Shown: positions 1 to 11,564 of the stretch, in pieces
Numbering within the stretch: the first letter of the stretch is position 1
Layout of the letters: each line of letters opens with the position of its first letter
Assembly (NCBI GenBank): GCA_013115125.1
Contig: JABANN010000086.1
Coordinates: forward strand, 1-64,000
DNA: 64,000 bases
Direction: 5' to 3'
Source: Perkinsus olseni
Taxonomy: Eukaryota
The notes under the pieces: generated by a model
Databases searched by the model: none
Told to the model about the DNA's origin: nothing
The model's input: the letters and a program-made list of their open reading frames with translations, nothing else
Position numbers and translations under genes: made by a program

Positions 1-93
1 GGAGTTAAGTATTATTACTATTCCCTAATCCACGGGTATTGAGTTCGCCTACTACGCGGGTTTGGATCTAACACACCTCTGAGATAAGCGCGT

Positions 94-166
94 GCTTTCT
101 TAGCTTAGTTGGTAGAGCACCCGCTTAGTAAGCGGGAGGTCGTCGGTTCAACCTCGGCAGACGGCT
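94..166 (+). tRNA. tRNA-Thr(AGT), degenerate copy (possible pseudo-tRNA)
   Basis: GCTTTCT-TA-GCTT-AGTTGGTA-GAGC-A-CCCGC-TTAGTAA-GCGGG-AGGTC-GTCGG-TTCAACC-TCGGC-AGACGGC-T. Cloverleaf with anticodon AGT at 127-129. The acceptor stem has a T-C mismatch and the T-stem is weakened relative to the copy at 329. Confidence 0.8.
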
Positions 167-328
167 ATTGATGCAGTTGTTTACTGCCCTCCTGAAGGGA
201 AAAATTTCCGAAATTTTGCTAAAGAATTTTCACAAATTCTGCCGGAATTTCTTGAACCACTTCAGTTGTAACGGTTTTCGTTCCGTGCGCCCAGACTTCG
301 ATCATTACCACCTCTGAGTTAAGCGCGT

Positions 329-401
329 GCCTTCTTAGCTTAGCTGGTAGAGCACCCGCTTAGTAAGCGGGAGGTCGTCGGTTCAACTCCGGCAGAAGGC
401 T
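329..401 (+). tRNA. tRNA-Thr(AGT)
   Basis: Perfect acceptor stem GCCTTCT/AGAAGGC, D-arm, anticodon stem CCCGC/GCGGG with loop TTAGTAA, T-arm GTCGG-TTCAACT-CCGGC. Confidence 0.95.
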
Positions 402-809
402 ATGAATACAGTTGTTTACTGCCCCTTTTAAAGGGAAAAATTACGACTGAGTGAACTATTCCTGGCTGTGATCGACCTCGGCTGATCGACGAGAGTGAAA
501 TTCGGGGAGTAGAGGAATTTTTCCACCCCCGCACAACGAAGTCGACGATCGGTTGTGCAATGGGCCGTTGGAGCATCTTCCGCACAGATGAAGCTAGTGC
601 AGAGATTCAAGCGCTACTAGTTATCAATGTATTATGTTGGTTGTCTGGTGCTCACCAGACTTTGGTTGATTTTAAAGCCCTTCCCAGCCCAATCCCTCGA
701 TGTGGAGGTAGGACTAGAGTTTGTCTTCAACGCTATTCCGAGGTAAGTCCGCAGAGAGACTTGGGATTGTATTCGTTGCTAGACATTCTCAGTCCTGAAA
801 GATGATCGC

Positions 810-844
810 TGACTGGAGTGTGGTGACTCACCACACTCCAGTCA
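810..844. repeat. Perfect 35-bp palindrome (17-bp arms, 1-nt centre)
   Basis: TGACTGGAGTGTGGTGA-C-TCACCACACTCCAGTCA read directly. Confidence 0.9.
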
Positions 845-1323
845 CAGTCTGAGGGTCTCTCCACAGCGACCACCGCCTTGTGGTTCGATCTGTCTGGCAG
901 CCCATCGTGAGTTGCTTTCGTGTTGTACGCTGTTCTGAACAGTCTGTGACATATGGACCACACCAGTTCTGCTGGGGGCAACGCAATTCGCATTGCCCTG
1001 GCTACCTTGGCCGGTCAGCTACATCTATCCGTCCCATCCTCTACGTCATTGGGAATTTCATTGAAGGAAGAATTGTAGGGAGCAAATTACCGTAGGGGTT
1101 GATCCCACCGCCGCTTTTGAAGAACGTTAACTGATGAACGTTAACCCACGTTGAAGAATAACAGGCCACGAGCAGCGCGTCATAGAAGAGGTGTACCTCG
1201 TGGCCCGCACGTCGCATGTATCGGCGGAACGCGGCACAGGAATACCATAGAAACTGGCTAATAGAGGATTAAGTCACAAGAGTGCAGAATCACAGATAGC
1301 GAGGAAAGCAGCCCGCCAGCTCA

Positions 1324-2605
<1,282 letters not shown>

Positions 2606-2674
2606 AGAAAAGGGGAAGCTAAGATGACGGTATCCTCTCCTCCTCATCAGCCGACAGGGGTTGACACTGTCCAC

Positions 2675-5400
2675 TCAAAAACACTTAACGCGGGAAAGAA
2701 CAAGTACATGTGCCTCATGGTGCGCTATGGTTAAACCAGACTGGATCTTCCCTCAGCCAAGGCATGGCTCTTTGCAGGAAGAGGTCCGTCCACGCTGGCT
2801 CACCCTCCTTCCGAGGTTTCTTCTCTAACGGGCGTTTTAGCTTAAGCTGAAGAACCATATCCCGGGGACAGTCACTGAAAGGGCTTCATGATACCTCCTT
2901 TTTGGCAACGGCTCTAGTGAGGACTCTAGCCTCAGTTACCCAGTGCCAGTCGCTGCCCAGGTCTGTCGTCGTCCATCCCCACGTATGAGGATTGGGGGGA
3001 GAGTAGACCTGAGATGGGCTGTAATGATGGTCCGAGGTGGACCTACAGCGGCTACCTGACCCTGATTGGCCAAGGCAGCCCAGAGGTTGAAGGATGATGG
3101 GCCTCGGACGAGTATCGGGGCGTACACCTGTCGTGTACGAAATTCCAGGGAATGTGACGATTGAAAGATGGGGTTGGATCACCAGCCGGGCGAAGTCCAT
3201 CGATATCGAGTCTGGGTTGGTGTCCCCGAGCAGAACTCGGAAGGACACATCGGGATGGTCTGCACGGATGAAGTCCTGGATGCTCTCGCGAATCTGACAA
3301 GAAGCAACCCTAAAACCACTACAGGCAGCAAGAACTCAACAGGCGAAAGAGCCTGCCGGAGACGGCCGGGTTCCTCTCAGCCTACTACCCTAACGCAGAG
3401 CCATGAGTCTCCTGCCTTTCCTTCGACGAAAGTTACTCTCGTCGTTGTGGGATTGACCGCGTGGCGGAAGACAGAGAAAGACATCGGTCCGTACATACCT
3501 GATAACGAAGCTACCACCCTTCGGAACCCATGCAAGAGCCAAATGATGGACATCTATTTCAGCATCTGGAAACCTGGATAGACCAACATTGGAACGCAAG
3601 CTGCAAATTTAAACTACTAAAGACTCCGCGAGCATTTCTCTATTCCGCACAGTCTATGCGGCACAGACCTCTCGGACGAGTTCTTAGGGAGTTAGGGAAT
3701 AGTCATACTCCATCACGGAATCATCTGACTAGGGGATGGAATTTCCATGGTGGTGTGATAAGTATGATCGCAGATAGCCCAGGCTCTCATCGACGATATT
3801 GCTGTCTGCCACATTCTTCAACAGACCGGTAAATACGGGCAGGAATAAATTTCATGAGTTATTGACTGCTGAACAGTGGCTAGTTGTGGAGTACTCCACT
3901 GAGCACAGACCGTGAGCCTTGAGGGTGAGGTAAATGTCAACATGATGGCTGCATGATGCTCCTCCTCCTAGGGCGAAGAGTCGACAGGCGACCCAATACT
4001 CGATTTAAATTTCCCGACTCGGGCTCCCTATTCTTTAGCAGGGAGAACAAAACGATGAACCCGAACGCTAGGAGGATACGTGGGGATGCATTGACTTCGA
4101 ACAGAGTGCCCACGCCCTGACGAAGAAGCGCACCGGGGACCCAGTGGTAGTACCGTGTAAAAGCAGGGTCTCCCAGGCACACCGCTGATGGACGAATACT
4201 TCATCCGGGAGGGTGTCGGCCAATGCTCGCTGAGCTAGGCCAGCCCGATAGAGGGTATCATTAACCTGATGGTTGGGATGGTATGGCCGATGGAGCCCGT
4301 CAGTAGCCGTACGAAGTCTCGTATGAGGCCCCGGGCTTCCGTCCATGCACCGACACACTCGTGAGCGAATTGCGGGCGAGCACAGTGACAAGCAGCCTTC
4401 GCTTTCCTGATAGAAGCCGCTCGGATCCGGTAAGCTGATGGGGGACCCTACTCGGCATCACCACGCCACCCGTCGGGAGGGTCCCACTGAGTCGGAAGAT
4501 AGCCCGTGAAGGTAGATCCTCCCATACTGACTTGAGCGTGGAAGACTTGCGCCGTAACAACAGCTACTCCTAAGGCCTGGATCGTATACGAGGTCCGGGA
4601 TTCCTCACTCCGCCAGTACATGCCAGTAAGCGCTCATGTCGTTGCCTATGTTGGAAGATCCACCAACTCGTGCGGTGCTCGGCATACCACAAGTCTTTGC
4701 GGTCAGCGGTTTCTGAAGGGGGTGAAATCGATCAGGGTCACAGGTTCCTCCAGTACTGGCGCGACTACAGGGGCTTCTCCTGCTATAACCTTCACTGAAC
4801 CTGATGGTATCGACGCTAGCTATCTCTCATTGAGGGCGTGCGGGAGCACTGCGTGTGGTATTACAGGATTGGCATGCCCCATAAGGTCGTGGACAGTCAG
4901 TAACCGCCTTACTACATCTGCCTCGATTACAGCAGACATAAAGGCTCTCGGCGGAAGTGTATTGTGATGGGCAGCTCTTCGGGCATGTCTTGGTAGAGGT
5001 GACCAGTTGGACTGAGGGGAGGCTGTCGAGCAGCGCCACGGCTGGAGGCCTGCATGCGGCGATCACCATCATTGGCCTCCTTCTTTCCGCCCAACTCGAG
5101 ATGGGGGTCATCCCTTCCGAGGGATGAATGGTGTATTGATTGCCAATATGTCGATAACAACAGTACCATCCCAAGAAGGCTCATCACCGACATCAGACGA
5201 GCCGTCGGGGACGGCTTCCATCTCTTCGGCCACCGACGTTTCCTCATTATTCAACAACCCAGCTGATTGCCCCCACTCTCTTTCGCCGATGCTGTTAGAG
5301 CGTCACGATCAAAAAACCTCGTGATGAGGTTACTGGACGATGAGCTGAGTGTCTCGTGATGGGCCACACTCCAGACTTCCCCGACTAGCCCCGATAGAAA
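2675..5400 (-). CDS. Putative GT11/alpha-fucosyltransferase-like glycosyltransferase; many exons, 5' end unresolved
   Basis: Hand-spliced exons give, in order, SNIGNDMSAYWH|ALGVA, CHCARPQFAHECVGAW, DEVFVHQRC and SMDFARL|VYAPILVRGPSSFNLWAAL. These resemble the GT11 motifs G-x-GN-x-M, V-x-V-H-x-R-R and D-F...SSF-x-W-x-A. A Cys-rich stem precedes them. Confidence 0.4.
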
Positions 5401-5755
5401 GTAGTAAAATGTCACTTGAGCCCAATACGAGCACAGCTATTGCGTCACTGCGCCACGAAATTCGAGATCATGATTTGTGACCGTCGTGTGGTGGTCAGAG
5501 AATGTACCCTTGATGATTGACTTTGTCTTTCGAAATGGTCTGGAAGGGCTTTCAGAATGTTTTTATTGAGGGGCACCTATTATTCTCCCTTGCAACGAGG
5601 TCTCAGGGCCTGACTGCCAGGTGAGCCACTGGGAGTACCTTTCGTCTAGCTCATTCTACCGGAGTGGGTCGTCATAAGCACAGGAATCGTCGTCGAATTG
5701 GCTGCAACCAATACTGCTGAGTCTGGTAGTGTTAATACTATTAATTGTTTTCATT

Positions 5756-7292
5756 ATGGAACCTAATGGCGTACCAAGCTACCCTGTAGGGGGTAGCGTA
5801 CCACCACCGCAGAGTTCACCATACGTCTATGAACCACAGGTAAAGAGGGTGTGAAGCTGAAGTCTTTGTTGACGGGATGGTCGTTGGTGTGCCCTGCACT
5901 GGAAGTGAGACGCTCACATCTGCGTTCATGTGAAAGATACCTGCTCAAGCCGGCCATTATACGGCAACCGCACCAGCTGGTGATGGCCCGACACATGTCG
6001 TCACGGGAAGCAGCCCACCGGGTACTCAGACCTCTGGTGTTGGTCAAGCTGGTGCGGCCACAAACTCGACTCAAGTGGCACAAGATACCTCAGCGCCTCT
6101 TGTCACAGTCACGGCTTGGGAACACTCCGCCTCTGCCCCGGTGGCTAGCAGCAGTCAGCCTATCTCTGCCCCACCGGGTAGTCTGCCCACCTCTGCACCA
6201 GTGGCCGGCAGTGGGCAGCCTCCCTCCGCACCAGTGGGCAGCGGTAATCAGCCCCCTTCTGTCCCACAGAGTGGTCAGCCGGTTTCCGTCCCACCTGTCA
6301 GCACTGGTCAGCCCGCCTCGGCCCTACCGAGTAGTCTGCCCACCTCGGCATCAACGGGCAACAGTGGTCAGCCCGCCGCAGCCTCGGCGGTCGCTTCTGC
6401 TCCGCCTGCCAGTAGTGTCCAACAAGCGTCGGCCCCAGTTGTTTGCGTCGCCCAGCAGGCCGTGGCCCAGCCTGCCGGCGGTGATCATCAAGCAGGCCTG
6501 GCACAAGTGACCTCTAACTCTGACCTCAAGCCACTCCCAGCTCAAGAGCACGAGCCTTCTACGGCTGCCCCAAAGACGGCGTCGGGCTGGGGCGGTCCCT
6601 CGATGACTGGCTACCCTGGAGTTCAACTCCAGCCCACCCACAACCCCTCTCCTGCAGTGTCTGGAGTACCCATGGGGCCTCCATCGGCTGCGGTGGCCTC
6701 GACGGGGCTGCCACCTTTTACCGACCAACCGATGCCAACGCAGGGCATCACCAACGACCAGCAAGCCTTCGCTCCTTCAGCTCCACCAATGCTACCGTCA
6801 GTACCACAACCACCTCAGGCACCTGGTCAAATGTACCCCCAACAGGCCGCCCCCATGCAGCCCATGATGGGTCCTCCGATGGCCGCTGGCCAGGTCATCC
6901 AAGGACAGCCCCCGACTGTACAGGCCTACCCCCAACCGGCGTACGGTCAACCACAGTATGTTGCTCCGTCTACCTATCCTCAGCAAGTGTATCCCCAACA
7001 AGTGTACTCGCCACCCCCTCCACAACAGCAGCAGCCTGTGTATGCTCAACCCGTCCAGCAAGCCTATGCCCAACCGGCTTATGCGCAACCTGCCTACGCT
7101 CAACCTGTTTATGCACAGCCACTACAGCAGCAACAGCAGCAGCAGCCGCCGTATGGCGGGGTTCCTACCGCTGTAGCCTATGGTGGCCAGCCAGTGTATG
7201 CTCAGCAGGTGTATGGACAACAGCAGCAGTACCAGCCCTACCAGAGTGGGCCTGCCGGAGCCCAATACGCTCATAACATCTATCGGCCTTGA
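5756..7292 (+). CDS. Pro/Gln/Ala/Tyr-rich low-complexity protein (2 exons)
   Basis: Exon 1 MEPNGVPSYPVGGSVPPPQSSPYVYEPQ|gtaaag is spliced in frame to the long ORF 6075-7292, which has SGQP and (YAQP) repeats and poly-Q. Confidence 0.75.
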
Positions 7293-7528
7293 TAACCACT
7301 GATTGACTGACTGACATCTTCTGTATTTTTGTATGTGGGGCAGTTTTAATTACCACGGTTCTGCTGGCTTTCCTGTTCGTGGCTCTTGTTGCCAACACAG
7401 TGTATCAATATGACTTTCAGATGGCGTTCTCTGTGTGTGAGTTGTCTCCTTGAGTTCTCGCTAGTCTCCTCGCTGAGTTTCCCCACATCTGTTCAGCATC
7501 TCATAGTTTTTGTAATTGTTCACAAGTC

Positions 7529-8039
7529 ATGTCCTATTTCATTCAAGACCCCTACGAGACAGAGGTAATAGACATTGCCGTCTCTCGGACTTTTTCCTGG
7601 CCCTGTCAGGTAGGCCTGGCGGTTTCCTTGGTTAATGGCTGTTGCATCGGTTTACTCCCTCGTCAGGTAGTGGAAGATGTCCCCGATGTGGTCGAAGAGA
7701 CAACTGTTGTCGACGATGGTCTCCCGGCATCCGATGTTGTTGAGGAAACGACTGTTGTCGACGATGGTTTAATGCCTGGCCAGGTAGGCTCGCGGGATGT
7801 TTAACCATCCGACCCACCCGTTTTCTACTGCAGACCGTACAAGTGGTCCACCAAGGCCCGGATACCACCACGATAGAGGAGACTGTGGTGGTCGACGATG
7901 GTTATAATGGTCCAGAGGTGAGGGCGTTCGACTGGACCTGGAGTTTGCCTTTTGATATTGCTGTGGGGTGCAGGTTGTAGAGGAAGTCGTTCCTGACGAT
8001 GATGATGTTGTTATTGACGAGACCACTATTATCGACTAA
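7529..8039 (+). CDS. Small acidic Val/Glu/Asp-rich repeat protein 1 (4 exons)
   Basis: MSYFIQDPYETE|VVEDVPDVVEETTVVDDGLPASDVVEETTVVDDGLMPGQ|TVQVVHQGPDTTTIEETVVVDDGYNGPE|VVEEVVPDDDDVVIDETTIID*, with phase-0 GT-AG introns. Confidence 0.7.
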
Positions 8040-8269
8040 GGCCGGTGAGGCCGGTGTAGTCCCCTTTGGGGCACGGCGAAGGGCTGCTGTCTACATCACT
8101 GTTCATCTCAGAAGTGTGCCTGTTGCCGTTTCTTAGTGTGCCTGAGTACCCCGCTCCGTCTTTGAGTTCGCCTCAAGAGGGGAGATGGAGGACCGGTCTT
8201 TCGTCTGTCGGGGGTTTCCTAGGGTCAATATTTTCGACCGTGCAGGTGAACGTTACTGCTTTTCAGCGT

Positions 8270-8803
8270 ATGACAATCATTATCGAGGGCGGTGGTGATA
8301 CTGTCGAGGTAAGAGGTTATGCTGTAATGGGTGCACTGTGGTTGTTATTGTAGATCGTGGAAGAGGAGGAAGTTGTAGAGGTGCGTCAGCCCAGGACGGT
8401 GGTCGAGGAGGTCATCGTACGTGACGACTTCGGCAACACCGAAGTGAGGCCGGCTCAGTTTCTGTGGTAGCGCGTAGTCGTAGTAATCAGATAGTCGAAC
8501 GCGTTGTAGTGGAGCCCGCCCCGGTCGTGGAAAGGGAGGATGTCACTATCGTTACCAAGGAGCCAGAGCTAATCGTGGATGATCGGCAGGACACCACAGT
8601 ACTCTCGGATGTACTTTGACCGCCCGCTGACGGCAGCTGTTGTAAGGTTGTTTTCGAAGAGCCGCCAAGAGTGGTACTAGAAGAGGAAGAGGTTATCATT
8701 GACGATGGATCTGGCGGTATCACCGAGGTCTTCGTCCCTCACACCTGGCCTCTCATAGTCTTGCTGTCTTTCTCAGATTGTTGAAGATGAGTTCATCATG
8801 TGA
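8270..8803 (+). CDS. Small acidic Val/Glu/Ile-rich repeat protein 2 (5 exons)
   Basis: MTIIIEGGGDTVE|IVEEEEVVEVRQPRTVVEEVIVRDDFGNTE|IVERVVVEPAPVVEREDVTIVTKEPELIVDDRQDTT|VVFEEPPRVVLEEEEVIIDDGSGGITE|IVEDEFIM*, with phase-0 introns. Confidence 0.7.
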
Positions 8804-9027
8804 GCGGTTTGGAATTGTTATCGCTACCCTGCTTGGCCACCGGCTGACCGCCAAGCTACGCTTGATAGTTTTTTTCATTCGAGTTAGTGTCATGTGGAAC
8901 TTGGCAACCCCTCAAGGGTGATCTATGGGCCTCCGACCTGTTTTCTACTCCGAGAGCGTCGAGTTGTACGACGGTAGGCGTGGTAGCGGTTACACTAGCG
9001 TTAGGTTCAGTGGAAGTTTGAGCCGAC

Positions 9028-11363
9028 ATGGAGCCCGCCGGTCATTCCACCTTTCCCTCGCGCCATCTGACGGGCTCTCGACAACCCACCGGGGGCGCCG
9101 GTGCTGCATCGGCGCCAAGGCTTACCACGGAGGAGCTCTTTGCTGCGTAAGTCCAAAGACTCAGAGTACTGGGAATCCTGCCTCTCCTCAGATACCACGA
9201 GTTCATAGTGAAGGCGTGCGAGATCATCGCCCAGGCTCGAACAAGAGACCTCATGGGGGAGCCTGTACCCTGTCGGAAATTCGCGTTGCTGGTGAGTGGT
9301 TGACTAGGTCGGGCTAGTCTGTGGCCTTGGGGGTCCGTTTACTGCCTGTGGGGTGTTTTCTGGGCTGCTGACGATACCGCGTGGAGGTACCGGAGAAGTT
9401 CGGATGCCGATCGTATCTTGATGCATCGGAACTTCTGTTCAAGAACAAGATATCCTACACGTTGGAGGTGAAGAGAATGGTACAAGACGTGGAGGGGTCG
9501 GAGAGTAAAGCGACACCACCCAGGCATGGCCGAAAGAGGTCGCAGCGCAGTGCCATCATGGAACGATGGTCAGCAGGCTCTCCGATGAGGAATCTTTGCC
9601 ATGCGCAAATCTGCTCAGGTACTTCCATTTCACTCCTATTGACGACGAGCCCCCAGATGACCGCCGTCCGGAGTCTCTGCGCAGCAAGGATGAGACGATA
9701 CTGAGAAGAATGGCTGTGGCTCTGCGTGGGTGACACTATCGGCGAGGAACCTACCGAGTCTGCCTTGCTCAGGATCCCTCTACCCACTGACACGGATACT
9801 ACCAGCCTTCACCTACTTCAAGGAAGCTGGCATGGCCATCACACCGAGCGAAGTCACCACGCCGCGACCGGAGATGCGGCAGAGGGATTGTCCGAGGCAT
9901 CGGCACTTGGTCCAGGCTGAGGAGTCCCCAGGGGGGCAGAAGGCCCTCTCGAGTGGTGGAAGCCAAGTGAAGTTGCAAGTGTCGTTGTGGCACTATAAGC
10001 CGACCTCTGGCGAGGATGACGTCACCATGGTCACGCCCGAACATGACGTGGTGAGCGGTGGTCGGCCGTTGCTGAACGGGCTTCCTTCATGAGTCCTATT
10101 GGTCAGCTCACTGCGGAGCCTCGAGATCTTCCCAACTCCCCCGTTGGAGAGATCTGTGCCCTTGGTTCAAGCATCGGGACTTTGCGGATCATCTTGCACA
10201 GGGAACGTGAATCTTCTGCCTGTCGCCTCGGGAGGAGTATTATTGATACCTTCAGGTGAGATACACAAGTCGACGTACTGGAAGAAGAAGTGGTCTGCGA
10301 CCCCGACTAGCGTGTCTCCGGTTGTCCCCACCTCCCGAGAGGGCAGCCGCGTAGGTTCAAGACCCAATTCTGGCGACTTCGCCCTTCCTCCGGGCCCTCT
10401 GTCCGAGACACCAGCGACCAAGGGCTCGGGCATCGGTGAGCGTGTTCCGGATGTGGCTGAGATGAATGAATTCCGCCTTAGTTATCGATGACACCTTTTT
10501 CGGAGGCGCTGGTTTACGGGACTCTGGTTACCTTTCCTCGTCCTCACCGGCAAGTCCTCGGGGGGAGGGCGGCTCCGGCGGTGCCGGTGGTAGTGGGAAT
10601 GACCTGGAGATGGTAATCGAGGATCAGTTTGGGAATAAGGTGTCGCTTCCTGGTGAGCTCAGCGACAACCAAGAGGTTCCAGGTGAGTGCCTGTCCGATG
10701 TCGGCGTGACTTGAACGTTTTACCTTAGGCGAAAACGTCAGCCTCCCGTCGTTGTACAGCCTTCTTATCGCCTCATCGGCCGGGGAAGCTCTGTTGGGCG
10801 ATCCTTACTGGCGCACCCACCCCGCCTGGTTAGAAGAGGCAGCTGACAAGATGTGTGGGCGCAGCGCGGAGATGGACAAGTGCCTGAAGGACCCCTTGCT
10901 GAGCTTGCGAGGTGTCTGGGCCGGCCATCTAGCCTCGGCGACCAATTCCCCGGAGACCAGCCCAGTGGTCGATGCAATACCTTGTCCTTGCTGTGGTTAC
11001 GTGGACGACACCGAGGCCGAGCAAGTAGACTTGGACTGGCCTGAGGTGGAGGAGAGCCCTGCGGCCAGTGTGATGCCGACTGAGAAGGACTCTTGGTCTG
11101 ACGGTTACTGCGAGAGTGAATATTCGATGGGAGAAATGACAGACGCTGGGATTGAACCTGGGAGTGATATAGCTGCTCGGCGGGATTCAGTGTTGTCGCA
11201 TGACAGCTCGGGTGCTGGTAGACGGGCCTCCCTGCCGTTTGGGTCCGTGGCCTCTATGATGCAATTCGTCCTCGACCGCAACTCCCACACAGTTTCTGCT
11301 GGCCTCGTGGTCGACGCAGTTCGCCAAGCTCAACAAGAGTTGAGGCGCGCGAAAATTCAGTAA
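9028..11363 (+). CDS. ATG13: Autophagy protein Atg13-like (N-terminal HORMA domain + disordered Ser/acidic tail); multi-exon
   Basis: Spliced motifs EFIVKACEIIAQAR, AIMERW|YFHF, ILRRMAVALR|SLYPLTRILPAFTYFK and SSIGTLRIILHR follow the order of Atg13 HORMA motifs (FFxKxAxIIxQSR; LERW; LRSLYxxxRLLPA; GxLxxSVxYR). Confidence 0.6.
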
Positions 11364-11564
11364 GAGATTTTACCGGCCCGAAAGATCTGTCAGCGAACTA
11401 GCATGCAATCCTCATTTCACCAGTTGTATCATTGCGTTTGTTATTTTTTCACTCATGTCACAGTAGAACCTCTACCCGTTGCCCCTTCTTGCGTTAGTTT
11501 CTTTCATAAGGCCTGTGTGGGACCGTATTCATCGTAGGCTCTTGGGAGACGTCCACCGGTGGAA

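Larger units (their letters stand above)
74..442 (+). repeat. Tandem duplication of tRNA-Thr unit (period 235 bp) with shared flanks
   Basis: Both tRNAs are preceded by CACCTCTGAG(A/T)TAAGCGCGT and followed by CAGTTGTTTACTGCCC...AAGGGAAAAATT. Confidence 0.85.

Noticed and set aside
3370..3392. Apparent in-frame TGA (VVG*EEP) suggesting selenocysteine or stop readthrough
   Set aside because: An alternative AG acceptor a few bases downstream gives an open frame, so no recoding is needed.
5445..5455. TGGCGCAGTGA on the minus strand resembling an LTR-retrotransposon primer-binding site
   Set aside because: No LTR pair and no gag/RT/integrase motifs; the downstream region resolves into spliced cellular genes (GT-like, TPI).
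5851..6510. 219-aa ORF overlapping the Pro/Gln-rich gene
   Set aside because: Shadow frame of a GC-rich repetitive coding region; splicing supports the other frame.
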